A stretch of DNA of 64,000 nucleotides, from the IMG/VR virus record IMGVR_UViG_3300021086_000001; one strand, 5' to 3'. The DNA is from a virus. Position numbers and translations under genes: made by a program. The notes under the pieces were generated by a model that saw only the letters and a program-made list of their open reading frames with translations, was not told the DNA's origin and searched no databases. The first letter of the stretch is position 1; each line of letters starts with the position of its first letter. This document shows, piece after piece, positions 43,411 to 53,093 of the stretch.

Positions 43411-43920
43411 TTATTTCTTGTGATAGACAATATCATCCTTATGTCTGTACCCGCGTATCCTATTGTGTCTCACAGTTATTGCAGCTACACAGAGGTAGAT
43501 CACGGCGTACAGGATGCACAGGATCAAAACTATGATGTTGTTATGGCTGTTCATTGGCCTCCTTCCATGATGACATCCAAGCTTCAATACTTGTGACAAT
43601 CACGCGCCCGCCGTGTTCCATGCCAATACGCCCGTCTTTCAGAAAGAAGACTTTGCGGTCGTAAAAGCTCCCATCGTCTTCATGTATCCAATTGCGGTTG
43701 ATGTTGAGATGCACTGTATGCTGTACTTCCTCTGCCTGTCCTGTATTATTCATTTTATCCACTTTGCGTCCGCTGCTAGCAAATCCGCTTCTGTCACGTG
43801 GTGTGTGCGTCCTATCCTGATAGCGAACACGGCCCACAGGATGAGGCCAGCAAGAGGCCAGAGGAGACAAGGCGTGATGAAGATGGTGATGAGGCCGATT
43901 AGCCATTGGAATGTTGACAT
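43411..43920 (-). CDS. run of three small ORFs (43411-43554 TM, 43541-43753, 43750-43920 TM)
   Basis: overlapping start/stop codons; hydrophobic segments in the first and third. Confidence 0.45.
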
Positions 43921-43928
43921 GGGGCCTC

Positions 43929-44438
43929 CTATTTCCAGACACCAGAGACGGCTATGAAGAGCTGTCCAGTATCTTTGATTTCTTGATAACTTTGCTCCCA
44001 TTTTTCTCTTAGCTGCGATAATTCCCATATCGTACCCATCTGGATTTTATTAGTTTCTCCCTTACACTTCTCAACTAATTGATCGTAATAAGGCTTCCCT
44101 CTAGCTACTTCTTCATGAGTTCTTATGTGTTGATAGTATGGTATTTTCTTAGTCCAAGGGAGACATACATATGATCGCTTTAGATTCCCATTATCTTCCC
44201 AGATTGCATGAAAGTGCTCACCGTTCATGTGGTGACAATCGTTATGCAAATTCACCCATCCCCATACAATGCCCTTAATAGTACCCGTATACTGATCTAT
44301 CACGTCTTCTTCTACAATCTGTTTATAAAGTGACTGTGTAACTTGCCTTTTGTCTAAGGTGAGTACTTCTACAGTTAGCTGTCTTCTCTGAATAGAAGCT
44401 TCTTCGACTGGAATAGTCGCGTTTGCTAGCTTTGCCAT
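43929..44438 (-). CDS. hypothetical phage protein
   Basis: GGAGG RBS before MAKLAN. Confidence 0.6.
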   Translation of the reverse strand: MAKLANATIPVEEASIQRRQLTVEVLTLDKRQVTQSLYKQIVEEDVIDQYTGTIKGIVWGWVNLHNDCHHMNGEHFHAIWEDNGNLKRSYVCLPWTKKIPYYQHIRTHEEVARGKPYYDQLVEKCKGETNKIQMGTIWELSQLREKWEQSYQEIKDTGQLFIAVSGVWK

Positions 44439-44758
44439 GGATGTGTCTCCTCCCAATGTGGATGCCACTGGAATTGCGCGATAGGGAGCCCGTGATCTTT
44501 GATGAGAGCATCAAGTGTGGGTGCCTCAGACTCAAAGTCAGGGACAGGCGCGTTATTCCGGTAGAGCTGATATTTGCCGTTTTGTTTTGTGATGAGTAGT
44601 TTGTTATTCCAGAATGTAAAGACGCCACGGTCGATAAGCCACTGGTACTCTTCGAGTGGGCGTTTTCCTAAGTGCATGGCGTCGGCTATGGGAAAAGTTG
44701 GGAGATCAAAGATTTTCACTGAATTCTCCTTATTCACAGATATCCACATAGTATCCAC
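44426..44758 (-). CDS. hypothetical protein
   Basis: ORF track. Confidence 0.5.
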   Translation of the reverse strand: MDTMWISVNKENSVKIFDLPTFPIADAMHLGKRPLEEYQWLIDRGVFTFWNNKLLITKQNGKYQLYRNNAPVPDFESEAPTLDALIKDHGLPIAQFQWHPHWEETHPWQS

Positions 44759-44807
44759 ATATGCGGATAAGTAGCATACTGTTTGTTTAAGGCAATGGAA
44801 CGTGCTT

Positions 44808-45056
44808 TTATGTTAGTTCCTCTAGTAATTGTTTCACCAGTTTCTGTAACCAGGGATCACTCGGAGCATCACACTCAACAGGAGTAACTTGACCGCAATA
44901 GAAGGAGTCATGCTGTATGTCACTGATCCGAACACTGCACGTCCATTTCTGCTCACGATGTTGGAAGTTAGGGCCATCAGTGACCACACCTCGACCACGC
45001 GGCGTATTTACGACAACTCCTACTGCAATCTGTTTTGCTATTTCTGCATTATTCAT
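44808..45056 (-). CDS. SH3-like hypothetical protein
   Basis: VGVVVNTPRGRGVV pattern. Confidence 0.55.
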   Translation of the reverse strand: MNNAEIAKQIAVGVVVNTPRGRGVVTDGPNFQHREQKWTCSVRISDIQHDSFYCGQVTPVECDAPSDPWLQKLVKQLLEELT

Positions 45057-45071
45057 CTTTTGCTCCGGTTG

Positions 45072-46268
45072 CTAGGCATGGTTTCCACTCTCGATATAGG
45101 CTAAAGGAGGATCTACAATCATGTCATCACCGTTATAGTTGAGGTTGTCGCACTCTTCTAGGACCCGTTTGAGGGTTGCTTTGAGCTGAGATAGCCGTTC
45201 CCAGTCGTCTGACTCGAATGAGTTGACATCCAAGGATGTAGGCCAGCTTCCCAGTAAGCGCATGAGACACGAACGGGCCTCACTATTGATAGACCGCCAT
45301 TCTTGTCTGATACGCTCGTCATTCTCTGATGTGATCCGGTCCTTGATGGCTACCTTCAGCTCGCTATTGAGCTTATCTATACGCGCCTGATCAGCTTTGC
45401 TAGCCTCTTCTAGCTGTTTGCGGTCTTCTTTGAGCTTATTCAGTTGCCTTTGCAGATCTTCCATCTGCTTTTGCGCTGCTGAGGGGATGGTTGTCTTCTC
45501 AGTCTCAAGGTTAGCGTTAAGCTCGTTTACGCGGCCTTGTAGCTCTTCAAGTGTATTTTTGACTGACAGAGGTAATACTTCTTTGGGGACTTCTCTGATT
45601 TCAATCTTGGGGATAGCATTAGCTTCTAGCTCTTTGATTTCGATTTGCAATTCTTGCACTTTGGTAGTGTATTGCTCTGTTAATGCCTCTATTTCATCTT
45701 GTGACGTTTGCTCTAACAGGAAGAGTTGTTGCTGTGCAGCTTGTGCGTCGGCTTTGGCTTTAGCCTCTGCTATCCGAGCCTGATTACGCTCTGCTTCTGC
45801 CTTCTTGCGTTTTTGCTCTTCCTCTCGGATATCCTTAACTTTAGGTTTTATTTCACCAGAAATCACACCTTCTACCACTTCGTTAGAAGCATAGGTCAAT
45901 TCTTTGAATGCTGAACGAGAAAAATTTCGAACTTCGAAATTTTTATTCCCAAATCTGGTGTATGCTTTCATGGAGAAATATGTATCACCAATACTCAATC
46001 CTGTCTTCTGTAGCCATCCTACAAAACTCCCGTGTTTACCCTTGTTTGCATTCTTCAATCTCTCCTGTACAAGCAATAGTTTCTCTCCAGACGCTAAGAT
46101 CTCATCATTGGCTCTGTCCCAGTGTGTGCGAATTTCGTACTCTTTCCTCTGGATAAAATCGCGGTCCTCTGTATCAAGCACCTCATAGTGGAATTCTGCA
46201 ATGTCTTGCTCACTCTGTTCTTGTAGCAACTCAGCATCAAATAGTGTTAAGTTCATCTCGTCATTCAT
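45072..46268 (-). CDS. DUF3102-like domain plus long coiled coil
   Basis: ILASGEKLLLVQERL...HGSFVGWLQ; heptad-rich C-terminal half. Confidence 0.7.
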   Translation of the reverse strand: MNDEMNLTLFDAELLQEQSEQDIAEFHYEVLDTEDRDFIQRKEYEIRTHWDRANDEILASGEKLLLVQERLKNANKGKHGSFVGWLQKTGLSIGDTYFSMKAYTRFGNKNFEVRNFSRSAFKELTYASNEVVEGVISGEIKPKVKDIREEEQKRKKAEAERNQARIAEAKAKADAQAAQQQLFLLEQTSQDEIEALTEQYTTKVQELQIEIKELEANAIPKIEIREVPKEVLPLSVKNTLEELQGRVNELNANLETEKTTIPSAAQKQMEDLQRQLNKLKEDRKQLEEASKADQARIDKLNSELKVAIKDRITSENDERIRQEWRSINSEARSCLMRLLGSWPTSLDVNSFESDDWERLSQLKATLKRVLEECDNLNYNGDDMIVDPPLAYIESGNHA

Positions 46269-46948
46269 GCTACATCTCCTTCATTATCTTCCTCATCAAT
46301 ACCCATAAGATGCATCAATTCCTCACGTTGCTCAAATGGGATTGATTGGAACTGCTCATAGAACATGTTAAAGAACTTTGCTAGCTCACTGTTAGATAAT
46401 TCTGGGTTCTTAATAATGTGGTGTGTCATGCGTGCGCATTCTTCTCCAAGTGTCTTTATTGCTCTTGTGAGCTTTAGATAGTACCCAACCCTTGGGTCTT
46501 CAAAAGCATCTTCATCACCGTCGTCAAGTGCTTTAAGTTTGTTATTGAGGATATGCCACTTGACAGCTTTACCTACTACCATATAGCGCCATATCTTCCC
46601 CTCTGCATCAAGGTTATGGTATCGCTCTGTGTGCCTCTCTTCAAGAAACTGATCATACTTTTCTGTAAGTTCTTTTGCGTCATCGGTTAAGCTAGTGAGG
46701 TCATCGTCTTTCCTTCCCAGCCACGCCAGGAACTTCTCCCATGTGCCCTTATTGAAGATATCTTGCGCACGGACGTTGCATTCAGCCCTCTGTTTCTTTT
46801 TGATTTCCCAAGAAGGCCATTCTGATGGTTGTTCTGGTTTCATTGCACGTAGTATCTCTACATACGATGTTTCATCGGTTTCTTTGCAAGCCCGTCTCTC
46901 AGCCCGTATCTCTAATTTAGAGTATTTTCTACCACGTAAAGATGCCAT
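46265..46948 (-). CDS. hypothetical protein
   Basis: ATGA coupling to the next gene. Confidence 0.65.
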   Translation of the reverse strand: MASLRGRKYSKLEIRAERRACKETDETSYVEILRAMKPEQPSEWPSWEIKKKQRAECNVRAQDIFNKGTWEKFLAWLGRKDDDLTSLTDDAKELTEKYDQFLEERHTERYHNLDAEGKIWRYMVVGKAVKWHILNNKLKALDDGDEDAFEDPRVGYYLKLTRAIKTLGEECARMTHHIIKNPELSNSELAKFFNMFYEQFQSIPFEQREELMHLMGIDEEDNEGDVA

Positions 46949-47061
46949 AATTGTAAATTCTCCTATCAATTATCCGAACTGAATAGCCCCTACCAGAAAG
47001 GCAAATGCTACAATACCGACAAGCCATGCCACTATGATAATAAGAGGGATAACGTAGTTCC

Positions 47062-47265
47062 TCATGCTATCTCCTCTTCAATGCTGTGTATCAAGCGATA
47101 GAAGCGCATGCTGCACACAATGCCTGCTATCAGCGTAGTGGTGTACGTGTCGTATTTGACGAATGCTGCCACTATAAGGACAGGGAGGGCGAGGAGAAGG
47201 AATAGCCCCGTTAGGATGGCAGCGAGCGTGGAGGATGCTAGCGCTAGCAGGATACGCTTGATCAT
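47062..47265 (-). CDS. small membrane protein
   Basis: long hydrophobic N-terminus. Confidence 0.5.
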   Translation of the reverse strand: MIKRILLALASSTLAAILTGLFLLLALPVLIVAAFVKYDTYTTTLIAGIVCSMRFYRLIHSIEEEIA

Positions 47266-47474
47266 ACTGGTACTGCCTTCCCGTAGTCGTGCTCTTGCGC
47301 ATATCTGATAAGCTGCTCTCGTTTCCGAACGCCTACTATGGACATGAGGATGGATACATTGTTATATAGGGTTTTAATGCTCAGCCCCAACTTTTGACTA
47401 ATGTCATCGTATGTATCGCACTGTGCAAGTAAGCGCAATATGTCCTTTTGTGTTTGTGTAAGTCCTTGATGCAT
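47262..47474 (-). CDS. LuxR/GerE-type HTH regulator
   Basis: LTQTQKDILRLLAQ...ISQKLGLSIKTLYNNVS. Confidence 0.82.
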   Translation of the reverse strand: MHQGLTQTQKDILRLLAQCDTYDDISQKLGLSIKTLYNNVSILMSIVGVRKREQLIRYAQEHDYGKAVPV

Positions 47475-48071
47475 TCTCTGCTTTCTCCTTATATCTCCTG
47501 AGGAGTCAATGGGAATTATGGAATCAAGTATAGCATGAACAGGGTAAAATCTCCTATAATGGAAAACTCCACGATAAGGGAAAAATTGCCCGATTTATGA
47601 TATGTGTGAGGATAAGATCAAGCATACAGCCCGATATATGCTAAAATGGCCGCGTTAAAATCCGTTAAAGAAGGGAAGGTCGCATGAGAGTGAGATTTGC
47701 AGATATGCGCAAATAGTATATAGGGGTATGAAGATGCTTGCATGTCGAGGGGATGGTTTGTCAGTATCCTTGGCAGCATGACGCATGATGAATTCCTCCG
47801 AAAATACTTGGAAGACATTGCACAAGAGTGCGCCTTATGGATGTGTTTACCTATGGTGAGAAATATGCAGATATTGTAGAATTGAGCGCAACGTCTTGTC
47901 TAGTACTCGGAGATTGTAAAAATAGGGAAATGCGGTTGTGATTTTGTAAAGAAAGTGTAAAGAGCATAGAGAAATCCTCACCAGACGGTTTTCCTGGTAA
48001 GGCGTGGTAGGATTATTTGAGGCATGCCGTTCAATTGATTGTAGACCCACTACACGTGGCATGCCTATTTT

Positions 48072-48281
48072 TTAGAGGCCTTTAAATAACTCTTGCAGAC
48101 TGATGTTAAAGGCCTTGGCTATTTTTTCTAGCCTATCGAACTCAGGTCCGTGGTAACCGTGCTCCCAACGTCTGACTGTCATCACTGATACCCCTACCCT
48201 AAAAGCAAGTTCCTCTTGGGATAATTCGTACTTTGTGCGGAGGTAGACGAGCCGCTGTCCGAATAGCTCTTTAGAAGACAC
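48072..48281 (-). CDS. XRE-family HTH repressor
   Basis: LRTKYELSQEELAFRVGVSVMTVRRWEHG. Confidence 0.88.
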   Translation of the reverse strand: MSSKELFGQRLVYLRTKYELSQEELAFRVGVSVMTVRRWEHGYHGPEFDRLEKIAKAFNISLQELFKGL

Positions 48282-48433
48282 GGTAAACCTTATTCGTTTA
48301 CCGTGTAGAATAGCCGAGTTTGAGCTACCTCACCAGAACGATAGCCGTCCTATGCTGTACGGACAACATCCTAAAATGGACAAATAAAAAAGCCCCAAGC
48401 TTTCACTTGAGGCCGTATCTCTTAGTGTACTAC

Positions 48434-48712
48434 CTACTCAGTCACAGGCTGGTATATCATCCCAAACACATCAGGCTTGACATTGTACAACTCGCCTTTT
48501 ACGCCCGTGACGATCCAATCACCAGGACACACGATGTACACGTCTTCCGGTATGTCAATGCATCCATGATCGTGCATAACGCGTCCGCACTTCTCGCAAT
48601 GTCTAACATGTCCATCGTACGGAGGTAGATAATGGCGGACAACATCTAGATCGCCGTATTTTAACCACTGCGTTGCTTCTACGACGATAGGGCGTTTTAC
48701 AAATGTAGGCAT
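48434..48712 (-). CDS. conserved phage protein (KRP.VVEA.Q...PGDWIV...KPD.F family)
   Basis: motif typical of a widespread phage family of unknown function. Confidence 0.7.
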   Translation of the reverse strand: MPTFVKRPIVVEATQWLKYGDLDVVRHYLPPYDGHVRHCEKCGRVMHDHGCIDIPEDVYIVCPGDWIVTGVKGELYNVKPDVFGMIYQPVTE

Positions 48713-48718
48713 TTTAAC

Positions 48719-49471
48719 TCACTTTCCTACAACTTGAATGGCCCAAAAGTCGCTGGCAAGCTGAGAGTTGGTTAGATACCCGTATGGTATATATATATAG
48801 CCATTATCGCCGAAATCGCCCCAACTATTGCGAACGATAAACATCTGGTCAGAGTCCCGATATCCCACTACAAGCAGCGCATGGCCTCCGAGTAAATCCT
48901 CATTCTGTCCAGGTATGGGAATGACACCAGTCTTGGCAGCCGTATCGCTCTCAAAACTGCTGTAGACAGAGATGCCAATCACGATAGGCAGTCCCTGTGC
49001 AAGACAGTTCTTCATCTGTGTAAGGCTCTGTGCGACACGCTGATAGGTGACAGCTCTGTCCTGTAGCGCGTCCTTGTAAGTCTTAGTTGGGGGCCTTACC
49101 ATGAATTTAGAGATGTCGTAGGGCCATTCAGTCTCAGGACAATCCCCCTGCTTCGATGCTGCTTTAATCGCGTCCCTGATAGTCGCCCCTGAGTCAACGA
49201 GTTTCGAGTTATTCGAGCGTGAATTGTAGTAGAGAAACAGGTGTGAGGTGACGAAATCAGATAATCTCTGCCTCTTTCGAGCTAAGCGAATAGCGGCTCC
49301 ACTGGCAAAGCTCGTGCAGCTCCCGAGTGACCCTTGGTCTTCAATTGGTGGACATTGGTCTCTCAAGTCAACCAAAGTTGGCAGTACAAGCCCCTCAAGC
49401 ATCTTGAAATGGTGGTCTCTTTGGTCCCCTAAATCGGGGTTGCGCCCTAGACCGTGCTGTGCAATTGACAT
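48719..49471 (-). CDS. papain-family (C1A) cysteine protease
   Basis: VDLR...DQGSLGSCTSF (Cys), GGHALLVVGY (His), RNSWG (Asn). Confidence 0.92.
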   Translation of the reverse strand: MSIAQHGLGRNPDLGDQRDHHFKMLEGLVLPTLVDLRDQCPPIEDQGSLGSCTSFASGAAIRLARKRQRLSDFVTSHLFLYYNSRSNNSKLVDSGATIRDAIKAASKQGDCPETEWPYDISKFMVRPPTKTYKDALQDRAVTYQRVAQSLTQMKNCLAQGLPIVIGISVYSSFESDTAAKTGVIPIPGQNEDLLGGHALLVVGYRDSDQMFIVRNSWGDFGDNGYIYIPYGYLTNSQLASDFWAIQVVGK

Positions 49472-49679
49472 AGTATGTCCTTTCGATTATGAATATTTTG
49501 TTAATTTTACCACGACGTTTGATGAACAAGCTGTAATGTTGAGGGCAACAAAAAATCCTTATTGTCGAAACTAGATGTCAAAGGTAAATAAGGATTGAGA
49601 ATTGCGATCTTATTATCGCCAGCGACAACAAAAAAGAGCCAGATCTGCTGTACACACAGTCTGGCTCGAATATGCTCAA

Positions 49680-49922
49680 CTAAATTGTGAGAATAGGCCA
49701 TGCAAGGACTTTCCCCTCACGCGGCTGTTGTAGCTGCATGTCATCATCAGAAAACCAGAACACACATGCGCAATTCACCGATTTGTCTAGGCAGACACGG
49801 TTGATGAGGCCATCGCTATAATATGACCTCACTTCTAGCACCGTACCCGCTATACCTCTGTACTCAGCATCCTTGCACATTGTCGATATAACTACCTTGT
49901 CGCCTTCTTTGAACGTAGACAT
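49680..49922 (-). CDS. SH3/KOW-like small protein
   Basis: FKEGDKVVI...GTVLEV. Confidence 0.55.
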   Translation of the reverse strand: MSTFKEGDKVVISTMCKDAEYRGIAGTVLEVRSYYSDGLINRVCLDKSVNCACVFWFSDDDMQLQQPREGKVLAWPILTI

Positions 49923-50055
49923 CGCTTTCTCCTTTGCAAAATCTGCTAAAATTATTCGTAAATCCATTCCTTGTGCTTGGATTGTACAATGATCGAGCAG
50001 GTCGCCTTTCTCCAATCCAAGCCGTGCCGTATCATATTGCGACCTGCTATTTTTG

Positions 50056-50646
50056 CTATGCGCTCTGCTGTTCACGCGTCTTTTCAAGTTCAATGATCTT
50101 ATTGTTGACTTTAGAGATATCCCTACCGTCCTTGATAACAGTAATCCCGAGAGTATCCAGCAAGGCAGTCCAGCCTATGTCGTCGGCTATGACACCGAGT
50201 TTGAGTGCCTTTTGCTTCGCTTGCAAGGCTGCATTGTAGAGCGGCTTGGACACTGCTTTGATTGTCTCATCCTTTGGTTGATTGTCGGAACGGGACTCTT
50301 GCTCTGCTATGGCCTGGATAACCTCCTCAGCACTGGCAATACTCTCCACACTTCCAAGACCTGCGAATCCCAGAGCTCGACCGATGGCAGACGTTTCAGC
50401 ACACTCAAATGGATTGGTGCCATCAGGCAAGTTCTTAGCGGCGTTGAGCTTGACTTCAGCAGTGCCGATGTACTGTCTCTCATCTACTCGAATGACAGCA
50501 CGCCATAACCAGCGACCCGCTACCTCAATAGGCATGCTCTCAACTACCTCAAATGCTTCTCTTTCAGCGTGTACTAGTCTTACACGCTCTGCTACCGTGA
50601 CGTACTGCTTGCCCTTGATGTCGATGGTGCGAATTTGTGCTGTCAT
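50056..50646 (-). CDS. single-strand annealing protein (Rad52/Sak-like)
   Basis: KGKQYVTVAERV...ECAETSAIGRALG...IASAEEV. Confidence 0.75.
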   Translation of the reverse strand: MTAQIRTIDIKGKQYVTVAERVRLVHAEREAFEVVESMPIEVAGRWLWRAVIRVDERQYIGTAEVKLNAAKNLPDGTNPFECAETSAIGRALGFAGLGSVESIASAEEVIQAIAEQESRSDNQPKDETIKAVSKPLYNAALQAKQKALKLGVIADDIGWTALLDTLGITVIKDGRDISKVNNKIIELEKTREQQSA

Positions 50647-50781
50647 GATTACTACTCTCTTTCTTGATTGACTACTATGATACTATTTTCGTAAGGATCT
50701 GCCCTTCGAAAACAGATCCCTTTCCACTCTCCGTGAGGCCGGGTTCCATTCATCTTCCGGCCTCACCAGCCCACTAAATCC

Positions 50782-50970
50782 TTACCAATCAGTGTCAATA
50801 TTGCCAATATCTGTTTCTGCCATCTCAACAACTTGCGTCTCTTCTCTGAGATAGCACGCTTTACAGACGATCTTCCCTAAATCGGGAACAAGATACATAT
50901 CTTCTATAATGCTGTTCCATCCGCATGTATTGCATGCAATAACTAAATCCCACAATACAATTGCATCCAT
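50782..50970 (-). CDS. small zinc-finger-like protein
   Basis: CNTC...CKAC. Confidence 0.5.
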   Translation of the reverse strand: MDAIVLWDLVIACNTCGWNSIIEDMYLVPDLGKIVCKACYLREETQVVEMAETDIGNIDTDW

Positions 50971-50983
50971 GATTTTTACCTTT

Positions 50984-51232
50984 CTACCACCAATTCAACT
51001 GAATAGGATTGATAGCATTGCCAAAGTATCGGTCTTTATTTCGCCCCTCGGGCCACTCGCAATGCTTTACAGGCTCTATCGCCTCTTCCGCTTGATACGC
51101 TGCCCAAGCTCTTGATTCCTCAGGATGAAAGATCTCATAGTAGAGATTTACTTGCTCCTCAACCTCATCATCTGTTTGATCTTCATCTGCCATAGCTGAC
51201 AGTTGATTGTATCGTTTCATCTTATCTTGCAT
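50984..51232 (-). CDS. small acidic hypothetical protein
   Basis: AAAGG RBS; D/E-rich. Confidence 0.6.
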   Translation of the reverse strand: MQDKMKRYNQLSAMADEDQTDDEVEEQVNLYYEIFHPEESRAWAAYQAEEAIEPVKHCEWPEGRNKDRYFGNAINPIQLNWW

Positions 51233-51245
51233 TTGATTTACCTTT

Positions 51246-51641
51246 CTAACTAGCTTTCGCTTTTCTACGACTTGGAAGCTCTAGAAGCAATCCCGCCGAC
51301 TGTTGAGCTCCGTTGAGATTGCTGCGTATCTCTGTGTCATTTATCGATGCAAGCTTTGCATACACGGCCTCCGACATCGGGATATTTACCTTTGTGGCGT
51401 CGTGTCTGGTGTTTTCTGCTTGCACTAGAGTTGACACGTGATAACAGCGTCTTGAGTGTTGTCCGGCTACGCAAGTACAGCTATGCGCCTTATTGCGCCT
51501 CAGAGTTATTGTGTACTCTTTTCCAGCGTCGTTACGAACAACCAGGACAACATCGCCTTTATGTAATCCCATTGGAGCGTAGTCCTGTTTGATGGTGTAA
51601 CGTCGGATAATAGTGATTTCTCTCTGATTAATAGCTGTCAT
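51246..51641 (-). CDS. SWIM zinc-finger protein
   Basis: SCTC...RRCYHV (CxC-xn-CxH). Confidence 0.8.
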   Translation of the reverse strand: MTAINQREITIIRRYTIKQDYAPMGLHKGDVVLVVRNDAGKEYTITLRRNKAHSCTCVAGQHSRRCYHVSTLVQAENTRHDATKVNIPMSEAVYAKLASINDTEIRSNLNGAQQSAGLLLELPSRRKAKAS

Positions 51642-51686
51642 TGCTTTTGCCTTTCTCGTTAGTGTGTCTCGACTTCTTATGTATGT

Positions 51687-51779
51687 ATAATACCACGAAC
51701 TAACGTCGTTGTCAATACATTCTTGTACCAATATTGATAAGAATACGACGTTGACAGAAATACGTTTGTGTGGTATGCT
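51687..51779. promoter_or_regulatory. back-to-back sigma70 promoters
   Basis: minus: TTGACA(51715)-17-TATTAT; plus: TTGACA(51751)-17-TATGCT. Confidence 0.85.
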
Positions 51780-51808
51780 CCTTATATTCACAAGAAAGGA
51801 GATACAAC

Positions 51809-52021
51809 ATGCTGAAGTTACGCATAAAAGAATTGGCAGAAGCGCAGGGGCTTAATCGGAATCAATTGCAACTGAAGAGTCAGGTTACCCTCCCTTTGCT
51901 TACCCGCTATTGGCTGAACAAGACTACGGAGGTCAAGCTTGACGCATTGGATCGAATAGCTAAGGCGTTGGGAGTCAAGGCTAGTGAATTGTTTATTGAG
52001 GAAGAGGAAAGCGTTGCATAG
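51809..52021 (+). CDS. Cro/C1-type HTH regulator (paralogue A)
   Basis: LRIKELAEAQGLN...LDRIAKALGV. Confidence 0.88.
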   Translation: MLKLRIKELAEAQGLNRNQLQLKSQVTLPLLTRYWLNKTTEVKLDALDRIAKALGVKASELFIEEEESVA

Positions 52022-52092
52022 CGGGCTTGCCAGTCATCACCCTGAGAAAGTTACCACTGGCAAGCCCTAACTACTGATGATAAGGATATCAC

Positions 52093-52785
52093 ATGTCTCA
52101 TAACGAGCATTTGAGAGTAGCATCTCAAAATAGTAGAGCCAGACTTTTAGGCGCTTCTGCATCACTATTAGATCAGCAGTGGGAAAGAACTATCGCAGAT
52201 TTTAAAGGACTGTGTGCTTACTGCCTTCTTGCCCCCTTTGAAGTTATGGAGCATTTCATTCCCATTCGAGTTGCTGGTACTACTGTCAATAATTGCATTC
52301 CGGCTTGCAATGACTGCAATATGAGAAAGAGTGATCATACCGGAGATGGCTTAGTGGCTATCTTTGGGGGAGACACCATTGAACGGATTGAAAAGTATCT
52401 AGTGGCACGGTCAAACAGAGAGGTATATCCCCCAGTTGAAATTAAGCCACGCTGGTCTACGCGTAGGAAGAGAGAGCATGTACCGTCGATTCCCTATCCA
52501 CGTGACTGGGTAAGGTACTCTCTCCTAGAAGAGAAATCTGTGTATGATATAAAGGACCTCTTTTTTTGCTTGGATATACCAATGAGGGTACTTAGTGAGG
52601 CTAGTGGCTTGGGTACTGTAGCTTTAACTCGTATCCGTGATGGTTATCCTGTTAAAATAGACACTGCTAACAAGCTTCTAAAGGAGTTTGCAAGGATATA
52701 TGAGAGGCCTTTCTACCTAAGTAAGGTAGTAGGTATCAATGTAGCTATAAGTGGAAGGAAAAAGAAAGAGGGAACGAACGCATGA
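52093..52785 (+). CDS. HNH endonuclease with C-terminal HTH-like domain
   Basis: CAYC...EHFIP...NNCIPACNDCN.RK. Confidence 0.85.
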   Translation: MSHNEHLRVASQNSRARLLGASASLLDQQWERTIADFKGLCAYCLLAPFEVMEHFIPIRVAGTTVNNCIPACNDCNMRKSDHTGDGLVAIFGGDTIERIEKYLVARSNREVYPPVEIKPRWSTRRKREHVPSIPYPRDWVRYSLLEEKSVYDIKDLFFCLDIPMRVLSEASGLGTVALTRIRDGYPVKIDTANKLLKEFARIYERPFYLSKVVGINVAISGRKKKEGTNA

Positions 52786-53021
52786 ACAAACCACAAAAGA
52801 TCTGGTACAGCTTCCTGATACTGCTTATAATCGCAGGGAACGCCGTTGCTGTCTATGGCGCTATACGTGATAAGGATTGGCTGTGGGCTATAGCGGGGTC
52901 TATAGCTCTTGTAGGCGTTACCGTCTCGTATGGCGGTATTTTTATTGGAGCAATGATAGCTGAGAGAGCTGAAAAGAAAGCGTACAGGAAGAATGTCTTG
53001 GGTGAGCAGGGCGAGTGTTGA
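52782..53021 (+). CDS. two-TM membrane protein
   Basis: two hydrophobic segments. Confidence 0.6.
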   Translation: MNKPQKIWYSFLILLIIAGNAVAVYGAIRDKDWLWAIAGSIALVGVTVSYGGIFIGAMIAERAEKKAYRKNVLGEQGEC

Positions 53022-53093
53022 GAGGGTGATATATCCAGGTAACAATAGTAAAGGTGCCCTGCTCAAACGTATTATACCGCAAGGAGGTAGACT

